Part shown: piece after piece, positions 43,277 to 54,349 of the stretch
How the letters are laid out: each line of letters opens with the position of its first letter
How positions within the stretch are numbered: the first letter of the stretch is position 1
Source: Trypanosoma brucei
Taxonomy: Eukaryota
Reading direction: 5' to 3'
DNA: 64,000 bases
Assembly (NCBI GenBank): GCA_000002445.1
Contig: CP000071.1
Location: forward strand, 896,001-960,000
The notes under the pieces: generated by a model
The model's input: the letters and a program-made list of their open reading frames with translations, nothing else
What the model was told of the DNA's origin: nothing
The model's database searches: none
Position numbers and translations under genes: made by a program

Positions 43277-45509
43277 CTTCATCGTGGAGTTGTTTACAGC
43301 GTCCCCACTTTCTCCCTTACTTTTTTCCTATTCCTTATATCAAATTCATACATGCTCGTGGGCATGTGGGCAGTGAGATTTGTGGACCGTTTCTTTTTTT
43401 TTTTTCTTTAACGGGACGGTGCATCACTGCACCTTTAGTATTGTCTTTCGGGAGGGGCCGGAGGTGCGTGTGTGTGGGCTATATAGTGAATGTTTGAGCC
43501 GCCGAGGTCCATGTCACATTTGGTTCCTTCCCCCACATGTGACCTGGCTCTCTCTCTCTCTATTCATCTGTGCCACAACCGCCATCATTCAAAATATTAT
43601 TTGTAACCGGCACCGAAATATAATTGTAAGTAGCGGCAATAGCAGTGATAGAAGAATAAGAAAGATTTGATGGACTCCTCCGGTGCCTGCCCCGTCGTGC
43701 CCGGCGTCTGTAGTGCGTAACGGCGAGATTTCGATATGAGAAGGAACCAAGAAAGAGGGAAAAGGAGCTGAACAAGCAAAGGATTGTGAAGGTGCAGCAA
43801 GCGTTAGCGTTAGAAAAATGATTGATTGTAGGGTGTGGAAACGAATGATAGGGAAAGAGAAATATATGAGTGAGACGGGGGTAAAAAAAAAAAAAAGACA
43901 AGCGGAAGTGATGCTTGTCTGAAGTAAAAGCCGTGACGGCCGATTGTGGTGTGACTTTAAGAAACCATAAGAATGCTAAGAAACCAAGGAAAACAGAACA
44001 AAAGAAAAAGAAAAGAAAGGAGCAACTAAAAAGAAGAAACGAAAGGAAGCTTCAAAAAAAAGAAAAGAGAACGAAGTAAAAGCAATACAAAATACAACAC
44101 GTAACTGTTAACAGTAATGAAGACTGGGATGGGTGCATTATTAGATACTCACAGCATTACTGGGGGGTCGGAGTTTGGTCTTGTGCACTGTTTTTTTTTT
44201 GTGTGTGTGTATGTGAGGAGGGATGTGGCGTCCTTAAACGTCGACGGCGGTAAAAAGGAGTGGAACTCGGGGGCAAGGAGGAATACACTTGAATTCTTTA
44301 CAGTTCATCGCATTTCTCCGTAAATCCTCGTTTTTGTGGGGTTTCGTACTTGAAGCCTCCTCCCGCTTATTGTTTCTTTTCCTCTTTTATATGTTTTTTT
44401 TTGGTGTTCTATTCCGTAGCCTCGCCTTCCTCAGTTTTGTGTACGTCGCTCGCGGGAATTCTGCACACTTCTTCCCTCTCCTTTGTTGCAGATGAGGGTG
44501 ACATTCAATATGAAGCCAATGGGCGTTTTTGTGTGAATGTGTGGGCGAATGAAAACACGACCGCTTTGCTGACGATGGCCGGACTTGTGAATTCCAGATG
44601 AGAAGAAGCAGATACAAATGAAAACAACTTTCGCACTCCTCCTCCTTCCTTATATAAGAGAGCATGTGGGTGTTGCGCTGATTCTGGCCGTTCTTTGGTT
44701 TCCCCACCTATTTCCTTTTGTGGTTGTCTCAAAATACCTCCTGTTTCCTCGTGTTTCCTTTCACTTGTTACTGTTTCGTGATCAAACTTCTTTTTTTTCT
44801 GTCGTGGATCTCCTCCCTCCATAAAGTCTTGCTTCCCAACAAACCGGTAAGTAGTATAAAAAAGCAAGGTACATCAAGTAATAGCAGGTGAAACTGAAGG
44901 CGACTTTGTTGCTGTAGTTTCTCTTTTATTTTTTAGAGGGAAAAGGTCCCTTCGTTATTTTTGGTTGCGTCTCTGGTTTGTTTTCTTCTACACGTACCCG
45001 CGTGGAGTTTGGGCTCACTGATATAGACACTCTTATAGCTGAAAAGGAAGGTTCGGAAGAGAGAGGGTCTCAGTGTGTGTGTGTGTTTCCCTTTTATCTG
45101 ATCTCTTCTTTTGACCGTTAGACTTGCCGGTGTTTCTGAGGACCCCGACAATTAACGTTCGATATTCCTTAGCGTATTGCGGCGTGTCTCCATCGCCTGC
45201 AGGGCGCTGAAAAGAGAAAAAGGATACGCCAGGTAGCCCTAACAAACTACTAAAGACTGCTGCAGTGTTGGCCGTTGGTTTGGTTGTTGAAGTGAGTGAA
45301 AGGGCGGGGAGGGCACTGAAATTGAGGTTGAAGAAGCTCATAAGTATCCGGTCATCCGCCTCGCGGGACACCAACGCAGCCGGTGCAGCACACCATAAAC
45401 GCAACTGATAGAAATACTTGAGGCCACAAAAGACCGTAGAAATCACATATATATTTCAGAGGGTGGGTGTTGGGGGTAACACATTTAAAAGCGTCATTTC
45501 TTCGTTTGG

Positions 45510-46022
45510 ATGTTCCGCATCTCATTCACTTCCCTCGCCGGGGGCCTTATGCGCAAGGCGGGAAGGTCAGCGAAAGGAATGAGTGTAGTGGATCCCTCTG
45601 CTGTTGAATCGCTTAGTGAAATGGATAGTGCGGATATCATAAAACCGTCCAGCAGTGGTAGTCGCAAAGGCCGGCGGAGTCGGCGAGCGGGTACAGAGGC
45701 GGGCGAGGAAGGGAAAGGGGAATCCGCTTTTGCCGAATCCACCGGGTTTGTTCCCGTAGACAACGCTTCCATGGGCATTGTTGGTTATAAGGGAAAACAT
45801 AGTGAGGCAAAAGTACTGGAGTTAGCGGAGCGCATGCAGCGACGGGACATCACAGGTGAGGTGCCAGTTGCATCATTCGCATATGAAATACTGAAATCAC
45901 ATCCGTCGGTGCGACAAATGGGGTTGCGGGAACGTATGTCTTTTCTGTGTGACCGTTGGGAGCGGCTGAGCGACAGGCAGCGGAAGGCATACTTAGACAA
46001 CCCACTGAAAGGTCTGTTGTAG
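45510..46022 (+). CDS. small basic protein with a possible C-terminal HMG-box-like domain; the start is uncertain
   Basis: 170 aa ORF sitting in an otherwise ORF-poor 3.6 kb spacer. The C-terminus 'EVPVASFAYEILKSHPSVRQMGLRERMSFLCDRWERLSDRQRKAYLDNP' resembles HMG-box helices 1-3 (P..SAY.LF...........E..K..GE.W..LS..EK..Y). The N-terminal part is basic/Ser-rich. Confidence 0.4.
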   Translation: MFRISFTSLAGGLMRKAGRSAKGMSVVDPSAVESLSEMDSADIIKPSSSGSRKGRRSRRAGTEAGEEGKGESAFAESTGFVPVDNASMGIVGYKGKHSEAKVLELAERMQRRDITGEVPVASFAYEILKSHPSVRQMGLRERMSFLCDRWERLSDRQRKAYLDNPLKGLL

Positions 46023-46261
46023 GCAGCACAGAACATTTTCCGTGTTGTGCCCTGTGTATGGGCGGGAGCACACACATTCACAAAAGATTATGATGGTTTT
46101 GGAAACTATTCGCACAAGTGGCAGGAGCGGCAACATGGGAGCCGAAGAAGTGTTAGACGACTGAACGTTACGGTTAAGAAGCGGACGGATGTAACTGAGG
46201 CGCGTTGACCACACGACGAGGAAGGGAAGAATATTTCTTTTACCCCTACCCAGAGATACAC

Positions 46262-46267
46262 ATATAT

Positions 46268-46307
<40 letters not shown>

Positions 46308-46317
46308 GTGTGTGTGT
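46262..46317. repeat. compound (TA)n(TG)n microsatellite
   Basis: Direct read: atatatgtatatatatatatatatatatatgtatgtgtgtgtgtgtgtgtgtgtgt. Confidence 0.95.
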
Positions 46318-46935
46318 ACGCATGCGTGTAGTATTGTCCTCTTGCCCTATTTTCCAGCAGAGATCAACTTACTTTACCGAGTATCCGTCAATTCTCATCT
46401 CCTAACCGTTGCTTCTTCATAGAGATCGCGCCACCATTGTCACTACTGTTACTATTTGTTTTTTTTTCACACTACCCCTCTTGTAGAACGTACTGGGGCG
46501 ATGTGGTTGGAGTCCTGTTGGAGACGAAGCAGACTTCGCAGCCCTGGTGCTTTATTTCTCTGCTTTCTTTAGACGAAAATGGGAATCATCATTGGCAAGA
46601 AGTTATCAATGTTCGGTACGTGCATGAGGTCAGAATGTTGGAGGAGAATAAAAAGTGATGTGTGGTGGACGTGACACGCTTGTGACGGTCACAATGAGCT
46701 CATCCCTTTGTTGCAGAAGGACGCGTGAATATGCACAAAAAGGTCATGAAACCGCTCACGTGAACATATTACGTATTCCTAACCATTTCTACTTCATGTC
46801 GCACTGCATAGCGCATGATTCTGTCTTTTCCCTGCGTCTGTGACCAACTTGTGCATGCCCCTTTCTCTCGTCATTTTTTTTTCCAGCTGCCGTGTTGCTC
46901 ACAGAGTGGATCAGGCTGACTAGGGCAGCTAGGGA

Positions 46936-49326
46936 ATGCAAGATAAGGCGGTGCAAAAGGCGCTAATGGAGAAACGTGCACGGTTACTTCTTGGAGTCCG
47001 CATGAATTACGCCCCGTTTTCATTCATGCGGCGCCGTAGAATAACGGCTGCTGCACTTCCAGTGGCTGAACGGTCTGACCCGCTCAGCATCTGTTACCGT
47101 TGCGTGCATGAACGTCCCTTTGTGGAGCCCCCACCGGAAGGCGACAACAACTCGGACGGTGAAGCTTATGAGACAGCCCGTGATGCACTGCTCCAGCTTA
47201 ATATGATGGTGCGCCGTGGTATTGAGCCCGATGCCCTCATGTACACTTCTCTCATTGCGACCATGGGTCGGGCTCGGTTGGAGTGGCAGGCGTACAAACT
47301 GTTTTCTCGCATGCTGGAGAGCGGTATCCGACCGCTTCCCGAGACGTACGTGGCTTTGCACGACGCAACGTCTCCGAGGCGACACCATCTTCGGTGTGAC
47401 TTACAACAGAAAATCGAAGAGTCTCTTGAGACGTTTCCTGAGGAACTTGCGGAGGCTGAGTTGCAGCTACAGCGGGAAAGGGACAGATTATGTGTGCAGA
47501 AATTCGAGGAGTACATGAGCGGTGTGCTGCCACCGGCGCCACCACCGCCACCGTCGGAGCAAGAGGCTATTTCTGTGCGGGACAAGGAGCGTGAAGGAGA
47601 TCGGTCGTCATCTTTTGGTGGGGGATCAAATGCTGCGGGGTTGGGAAAAAGTGATGCGAAACCCATCGCCACAATGCATATACGGAACCCCACAGACGCA
47701 TGGAGCACCGCTCGGATGATGGATGAGCAGCAGAAGCTTGGAAATCAGCGAGCTCAGGGTAGTACGGCAATTTCCCTGTGTGAGCAACTAGACAAACTCC
47801 ATGAAGAGGAGCTGCGCATATTTCTTTCCGCTCAGAGGCAGCTACGGCACGGAAACAAAACCGACCTAGTAAAGCGTGTTCTTCACTGCGTCAGTGAAAA
47901 GAGCATTCGAGATATGCTGGAGCGTCGCAAGCATTACTTCCAGTCGGTGGCCCACATTTTGGAAAATGACTTGAATTCCCTTCGTCGCGACGGGATCATG
48001 GCGGAGAATAAGGCAGACGAGAGTGTTAATAATGAAGGTACTGATGCAATTCCATCTGCTGCCAACAGTGGTGGCTCCCAGCCCGTAATAATTTCGTATG
48101 CTTGTGGTGTAGACCAGACGATAACGGCAGAGGAAAAAGAATCGGTTGCTCCTGATTTCCTTCACACACCGTGGGGTATTCTGCGTAAGCCAGTTCGTCA
48201 TACTTCTACAGGGGAAAAGTCACGTAGCATTGATCGACTGCAACGTCTCTCGCTGAACGTAGACGAGCTGCAGCTTGTGCGCAGCAAAGCATCTACTGGC
48301 GATCTTGACGAGCTTCCGGAGAGTTTACTCCGACGTTACGCGTACCAGTTTTCCCTGACATGGAAGCGGCGGCACCCGCTCTCGCTCCTGGAAGCCGTGC
48401 AGTGGCACTCTACCACGCTCCTTCCGCAACAGCTTAACGAGGAAGGCGGCGCATCCCCCACACCAGCTCTGCGTCGCCAGCAGGAGGATGAGGGTGTGCA
48501 CAAGACGCTGGAGAATTATGAAGCTTTTCGCATTATTTCGCAGCGGACAAACAATCTGCAGGTGGTGGACAATAAGGAGATTAACTTACACTTGAAAGCT
48601 ATCCGCCGTGAAGCTCTCAGGAAGGAGCGGCGGGCAGAGGAAACGTTGCGGCGCGAGCACAGTCTACTTGAAGCGGCGGCGCTCGCGGCTTCAGCGAAGT
48701 CCTTCACGCCACCTGAGGAGGATATGGTTCCTTCATCGCGTGTGCTTGGTGTGGATGCAGAGCACAATAATGACAACGAAAGTAGCGGCCGGCTTCTGCC
48801 AACCTCCTCAGATTGGGAAAAGGGGGAATCGCAAGAAGATGAACCAAAAGAGCTGCCGCCTTGGGCAATTTTCAATGGCGAGGAGGAATTTAACATGACA
48901 ACGGGACGTTTTGGTGACCCACGTATCGGCCGCTACCAGGAGCTCAGTGACGGCCGCTTCAAAATCCTTCCCTCCCGTGAGGCACAGTCGCGCTGGACAG
49001 TGAACCGACAGCTTCTTCCGGGAGCCCTGCAGGATACATTACAGCGTGCGGAATTACAACAAAAGACTCGCGTAGAAGCTGTGGAGAAGGTACATCAGGA
49101 GAAGCTTAAGTTCAAACGTTACCGCAAGTGGGATGCGTTTCTGCGAAAAGCGCAGGATAAGCAGAAAGGGAAGCCCCAAACCGACGATAAGGAAGGAGAC
49201 GGGGATGGTAAAAAGAGCGCTGGGCCGCTTCCTGCGAAAAAGCGACTCTCTCTGTTACTGCGCAAAGGGAAAGATAAGGCACCCATTGACGATGCTGTTA
49301 AGGCTAAGTATTGCAAAACTCTGTAA
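46936..49326 (+). CDS. hypothetical protein with 1-2 PPR-like motifs and a SAP-like motif; the C-terminus is coiled-coil and basic
   Basis: 'ALMYTSLIATMGRARLEWQAYKLFSRMLESGIRPLPETYVAL' fits the 35-aa PPR consensus (.tYn.LI.....g....A..lf..M...Gi.Pd..TY..L). 'LCEQLDKLHEEELRIFLSAQRQLRHGNKTDLVKRVLHCV' fits the SAP motif (L..L.V.ELR..L..RGL...G.K..LI.RL). 796 aa. Confidence 0.6.
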   Translation: MQDKAVQKALMEKRARLLLGVRMNYAPFSFMRRRRITAAALPVAERSDPLSICYRCVHERPFVEPPPEGDNNSDGEAYETARDALLQLNMMVRRGIEPDALMYTSLIATMGRARLEWQAYKLFSRMLESGIRPLPETYVALHDATSPRRHHLRCDLQQKIEESLETFPEELAEAELQLQRERDRLCVQKFEEYMSGVLPPAPPPPPSEQEAISVRDKEREGDRSSSFGGGSNAAGLGKSDAKPIATMHIRNPTDAWSTARMMDEQQKLGNQRAQGSTAISLCEQLDKLHEEELRIFLSAQRQLRHGNKTDLVKRVLHCVSEKSIRDMLERRKHYFQSVAHILENDLNSLRRDGIMAENKADESVNNEGTDAIPSAANSGGSQPVIISYACGVDQTITAEEKESVAPDFLHTPWGILRKPVRHTSTGEKSRSIDRLQRLSLNVDELQLVRSKASTGDLDELPESLLRRYAYQFSLTWKRRHPLSLLEAVQWHSTTLLPQQLNEEGGASPTPALRRQQEDEGVHKTLENYEAFRIISQRTNNLQVVDNKEINLHLKAIRREALRKERRAEETLRREHSLLEAAALAASAKSFTPPEEDMVPSSRVLGVDAEHNNDNESSGRLLPTSSDWEKGESQEDEPKELPPWAIFNGEEEFNMTTGRFGDPRIGRYQELSDGRFKILPSREAQSRWTVNRQLLPGALQDTLQRAELQQKTRVEAVEKVHQEKLKFKRYRKWDAFLRKAQDKQKGKPQTDDKEGDGDGKKSAGPLPAKKRLSLLLRKGKDKAPIDDAVKAKYCKTL

Positions 49327-50307
49327 CGTCTAAGGTGATCCGGAAGGTGAGCAACGGTGCGTGCGCAACAGTTAAGAACAAAGATACATATGTGAGCAAG
49401 CAACGGTTGTGAAGGTTGGAGGCAACTCGTTTGTGTACAATTCGAGTCACTGTTTTTATCGTCGCGTGTCTTTGCTATGTCTTTTTAACGGGTGAAACTT
49501 CTTCCCTTCATTACGGTGTTTGTGTTGCGGTCCTCTCACGCTGATTTTGTGAGAAATATATTCTCATCCCGACTCTTCGCTGTATCTCCCACTCTTCTTT
49601 GACTTGGTTATAGTAGGTAATAGTGCTTGTTGTGTATCGCATCTCTGATTAGTCCACTGTTGCTTGACCGCACCGCAAGGGGCTATCCCCCGTGAAGATT
49701 ACAAATCCCAATGATTTGCCGCCATTGATCGACAGAAATGCTCAGCCAGGCGTACTCAGTTGGGGGAGATGTAGTTTTGAGACGGTCGTTTTTGGGTGGG
49801 GGAACACGGCTATATCCGTGAAAAGGGTGCTGGGACACGCTATTTGTAAGTCTTTGATGTCAGTTCCGGCTGTTTCTCTGCGGGTAATCGTACTCAGGAT
49901 GGCGCATTGGCGACCCTCTTACACTTTCTTCATTCTCCTAATTACGTTTGGTTTACCTTTCATGTCTTTTCACTCCCCCCTTTTCTCAACCCATTTCCTC
50001 CATTATCCTCCCCTTGAAGCGCCTTGTACTCGGGGGTCTGTTCTGGCAGCAGCGCCTTTGGTGCCGTCGTCCTAACTCGGCGGGTCCTTCGCTTGAACTC
50101 GAGGGTCACAGCGAGTGGGTGATTTCGCAAACACTTTGGCGGGAGGAATAGAAAGAACCGTATAGCCTCGCAAAAACAACGCCAAGGGTGGCGTCAACGT
50201 TTTCACAGGATATATATACGTACATTATATAGGTATCAGTATAAGTTTTCACGTGTTTGAATAGACTACAACCATAGTTTTCTACCTGTTCTCTTAGTTA
50301 CTGCGCT

Positions 50308-53300
50308 ATGTCCGGGCGCCGGGGGACGGTGAGAAGTGCTGAAGAGTGGCGGGATGCTTTCTACAACCTTGACGAACGGCATCGGCAGCTGCAGCGTAAA
50401 CTGAATGAGCAAGAACGAGAGATGAAGTTGTTGAAGGTATCGCAAAGACGAAGGTCGGCTCCCGCTGCGGCGGCTTTGCCAGGTGACGCGAACCGCAGCA
50501 CGCCTGCCGTGGCACAAGCGCAGTCTGGTGGCGTGAGAGAGGTTCCTAGTGGAGTCAAATCTAGGCTAGAGGACCCTGTGGGACTGTCAACAGAGAATTC
50601 GCGCGGGCGGAACCCGGAGCGTAGTGTCCAGTTTGTTGGAGTGCCGTCGGCTGCGAGAAGGGAAGATGCGGCAGCGGCTGCGGCTGAGATCGCCAATATT
50701 TACTCGGGTGCCCCACCCCCTGATCCTTCCATGGTGTGGGGAATGGAGAACAGCATACAGAATTACGTGACTGCTAACGCTCTCTACCACGCGAATGAGG
50801 AAATGCGGCAGCGGCTAGAAGATTGCGTTGCGGTTGTTAAGTCGCTTCAGCACGAACTGGCGGCGAGCCGTGTGCTATCGAAAAACACCCAGTCACGTTT
50901 AGATGAGGCGACGCAGCAGATACAGCAGCTCGTACGCGAGCGAGACATAGCGTGTCAAAAGCTCAGTGTCGCTCAGAACGCGACAGCTGAGCTTGAACGG
51001 CAACAAAAGCAAACGTCAGTAGAGGAGGAGCGAATCCGCTTCTCCCTTGAGAGTCAAGTTACCGAACTGCGCAACCGTTTGGTGGTTGGTGCCGATAGCA
51101 ACGAACTTCTCAGCCGAGACGTGCGCACGCTATTAGCGGAGGTGCAGGAGAAAACAACGACGATTCAGGGACTGCGGTCGAAATTGTCTCTTGCTGAGAC
51201 CGCACTCGCTTCACAGCGTCATACGAATGAGAATCTCCTTGCAGAGTTTCGCAGCCTCAACAGCCAGCTTGTGGAGGAACGGAAGCGGTTGCTCGCCATG
51301 ACGCAGGAGGTACACCTAGCGAACATGCGTGCCGGCGATATCAGGGACGCAGAGGCACGGCTTGCCGCTGTTGTAAACGATAGAACCGCTCTCGAGCGTG
51401 AGCACGCGAGGCTTATGGAAAGCCTTGTAACTGTCACAGAAGGTGCGCTTGCTATGGCGCGTGCGGAAGTGAAACAGGATTTAGATGAGTTTCGTGGCAG
51501 CGCCGCGCACTGGGAAGAAGTCGCTCAGTTACTGTACAAGGATATTGCGCAGCGTACACAAGCACATATCCACTGCAGGGAGGAGTGCGAAGAAGCGAAG
51601 CGTGCAAGGGATGAGGCCGCAGTGGCGTTGCGCGTTGCCAATGATGAACTGCGGTCTCATCGCCTCAAACTGGACATTGTGTGGCCAACACACCGGGCTG
51701 ATACTGACGGTTTGACCCACGAGCAGATGCTTTCAATTTTTGGAAGGTACAATGTTGGTGCTAGAAGGGGAAGTCAGATGCAACAACAACAGCAATCGGA
51801 GCAACATCGACTCTCTCCTGCAGAGCCGACCCTCCCTGATGGGAAACCCCAACTCTATGACGATAACGTAGCTCTTTATGGAAGGGACTTCGTGACTGCA
51901 CTGCAGGGTGCCCCGCTGGATGAACAGGTACGTGAGCTTCAAGAAGCAAACAGCGCACTGGTGGCGGAACTTCAACGCCTTCAGGTGACAAACGAACTTC
52001 AGAAAGAGCGCCTGCGTTCGTTGGAGAGTCAATTGCAGCGTAGGCAAGAGGCGGTGGAGACTGCAACTGCGGAACTCAAAGAACGTGAAATGGCAGGACA
52101 AACCTTTCTGCAGTCCCAACTCGATCGTGTCTCGTTCTTGGAGGCGCAGGTTCGTTCACTACGTGGCTATAGCATATCACCCACGAAGTCATTGTGTGAG
52201 GTTGAGGGGAACGAAACGGTGTTTGAGCTCTTCGTGGGTCAAATTTTGTCGACAGAGACCCCTGCTGGCGTTGAGTTGCGTAACACGTTCCCCCCGGTAT
52301 TCTGTTCTATAGATTTCCTGTTGCACGAAACCGTGACCACACCCGTTGTTGCCGGTCTCAACGCTTTTCTCGATACAAGTGTTTCGTTTTGTGTTGCGAT
52401 GGATGCACTGCTGCTATGCTATTTGCAGACACGGCAGCTCCTCCTTCAGTTGCATTGTGTGCGTTCCCAAGAGGAGCTTGGTGAAACAATGGTAGATAAT
52501 GATGAAACAGGGAAGCTATGCATAGGGGAGCGGCTGTACACAACGGTGGCGGAAGGGTCCGTTAGCCTATCGGCCCTTGTAGCAGATCCCAAGCAACTAG
52601 AGGCAGATCGACCAAGCATTCGCGGCCATGTTCCGCTGCGTGACGGCTTCGGTCATCACATTGCATCTGTGGAGTTCGCGGTGACTGTCCGAACACCGTT
52701 TAGCGAGGCATTTCGTGCACTAGCCGCAGAGGGGACTAGGAGTTGGAGTTTAGCGAAACATGAAGAACAACAGCAAATGGTTCAAGATCCGGTGTCAACA
52801 GTTCTGGCCGCATCTTCTTCGCGGTCTTCTCCTTTGGTGGCGGTTGTACAGAGGGACAGCCCTATATGTGAGCAAGTAGAAGGGGGCTCGGAGGTGAGGA
52901 GCGTGCGCGCCGTTTCTACTCCCAGACATGAGCGGAGAATGGTACTTGTTCCAACACCGCATCGCAGTAATGCTACTGGTCCCATATCGAGCACGTCGTC
53001 CTCTAACACTTTACTTGAGCGTTCTTCCTCCTTTACGCTCGTCCCACGTGCCGCTGCTATTGCTGCCGCCTCCGCACCTAACACTGTGCAGGCTCTCGTT
53101 GTTGACGTTTGCAAGCTTAAGCTTCCGCACGATCTATACCCTGTTCCTAGGCTTTCTTGCTACTATGCGTTAGAGCCCCTTGGCTGCAATTTGTACCTCC
53201 ACGCTCCTCCCACCGCCCGATATGAATACGAATATTTGCAGGAGGGCGGCTTCAATGGGAAACGATTCCCCATTGGATCATTGCGAGAACTACTCGCGGT

Positions 53301-53778
53301 TACACGCGAACCATTCATTTTATTCTTCTTCGACGAGTCGGCGGTTTCAACTACCATTGATATGGCATCTGCTGAGGGCAAGGTTGAGAGACATCGAGGC
53401 CAGTATTGGGCAACTGCGCGAACAGAGTGGAGGTTGGCACTTGAGAAGCCCGAAGAGTTTGTTTCGCTTGAGCTACCGCTGATCAATAAGCAGGGACTCC
53501 CAATAAAGGGCGCCACCGTGCGTGTGAGGCTGCTTGCCACTTGTAAGGGTGAAGGTCCCCAAGGTGAGAATCCTGCTCAAAGGGAACCGCAAAGCTTGTT
53601 GGGCGTTGCAGCAAGACTACCTGAGCACCGCACAAGGGGTTTTGAGGGTGCCGCCACTGCGGTTGAAGCCCGCGTTGTGGGAATTGCAACGAATCTTGAT
53701 GTCCAGGGATGTGAGTGTCCCGAGGATTCCATAGATATGGAGATAATGCGACACCAGTTGGGTTCCTTTATTCCTTGA
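50308..53778 (+). CDS. large coiled-coil protein (1156 aa), hypothetical
   Basis: The N-terminal ~600 aa are heptad-rich ('LQRKLNEQEREMKLLKV', 'LVEERKRLLAMTQEVHLANMRAGDIRDAEARLAAVVNDRTALEREHARLMESL', 'LQRLQVTNELQKERLRSLESQLQRRQEAVETATAELKE'). The C-terminal half looks globular plus Ser-rich and low-complexity. Confidence 0.6.
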   Translation: MSGRRGTVRSAEEWRDAFYNLDERHRQLQRKLNEQEREMKLLKVSQRRRSAPAAAALPGDANRSTPAVAQAQSGGVREVPSGVKSRLEDPVGLSTENSRGRNPERSVQFVGVPSAARREDAAAAAAEIANIYSGAPPPDPSMVWGMENSIQNYVTANALYHANEEMRQRLEDCVAVVKSLQHELAASRVLSKNTQSRLDEATQQIQQLVRERDIACQKLSVAQNATAELERQQKQTSVEEERIRFSLESQVTELRNRLVVGADSNELLSRDVRTLLAEVQEKTTTIQGLRSKLSLAETALASQRHTNENLLAEFRSLNSQLVEERKRLLAMTQEVHLANMRAGDIRDAEARLAAVVNDRTALEREHARLMESLVTVTEGALAMARAEVKQDLDEFRGSAAHWEEVAQLLYKDIAQRTQAHIHCREECEEAKRARDEAAVALRVANDELRSHRLKLDIVWPTHRADTDGLTHEQMLSIFGRYNVGARRGSQMQQQQQSEQHRLSPAEPTLPDGKPQLYDDNVALYGRDFVTALQGAPLDEQVRELQEANSALVAELQRLQVTNELQKERLRSLESQLQRRQEAVETATAELKEREMAGQTFLQSQLDRVSFLEAQVRSLRGYSISPTKSLCEVEGNETVFELFVGQILSTETPAGVELRNTFPPVFCSIDFLLHETVTTPVVAGLNAFLDTSVSFCVAMDALLLCYLQTRQLLLQLHCVRSQEELGETMVDNDETGKLCIGERLYTTVAEGSVSLSALVADPKQLEADRPSIRGHVPLRDGFGHHIASVEFAVTVRTPFSEAFRALAAEGTRSWSLAKHEEQQQMVQDPVSTVLAASSSRSSPLVAVVQRDSPICEQVEGGSEVRSVRAVSTPRHERRMVLVPTPHRSNATGPISSTSSSNTLLERSSSFTLVPRAAAIAAASAPNTVQALVVDVCKLKLPHDLYPVPRLSCYYALEPLGCNLYLHAPPTARYEYEYLQEGGFNGKRFPIGSLRELLAVTREPFILFFFDESAVSTTIDMASAEGKVERHRGQYWATARTEWRLALEKPEEFVSLELPLINKQGLPIKGATVRVRLLATCKGEGPQGENPAQREPQSLLGVAARLPEHRTRGFEGAATAVEARVVGIATNLDVQGCECPEDSIDMEIMRHQLGSFIP

Positions 53779-54349
53779 GGATGGACGTGGAGAACGGCTT
53801 AATGAAACTGCGATACACAGCGCGCGATATATATATATATAATTGTTATTATTGCGTGGAGTTTATTTTCTTTGTCACTGTTAATCGTTTGCCCATCTCC
53901 GGTGGATGCACCGCCAAGTTGCCGCCAGCCCTTGGAATGGTGAGTTCGACTGTCCCGTGACAGGGAAATGAAGGGGGAAGAAGAGAGTTGTGCGTACCTC
54001 TTCGTTTCGGGTGCGGTGCGGTGGTTACTGCGGACGTTTCCAGATATTAATATTCGTTTGCTTAATCCAAACATTTCCCTCTTTTGCTGTCGTAGTCTCC
54101 CCCTTTTTTTCGACCTGAATAGGCGACGTTTTGCGGAGCGTATATAGCTGGTCGCGTACGCACTTGTTTTCAGGGATATATCTACAGATCTACGGATTGG
54201 GCAGTGCTCACCCTACGAGCCCACTGTGGTGCGTTTGGTTACAGTTCTGTTGTTCCTCCAACCTTCAGGGCTGTGTTGGTGGAAGGACGGAAAGGCAAAA
54301 GGAAAAAGAAGGGAAAAGGTATCTCTACGAAGTGAAAAGCAGCTTTCAT

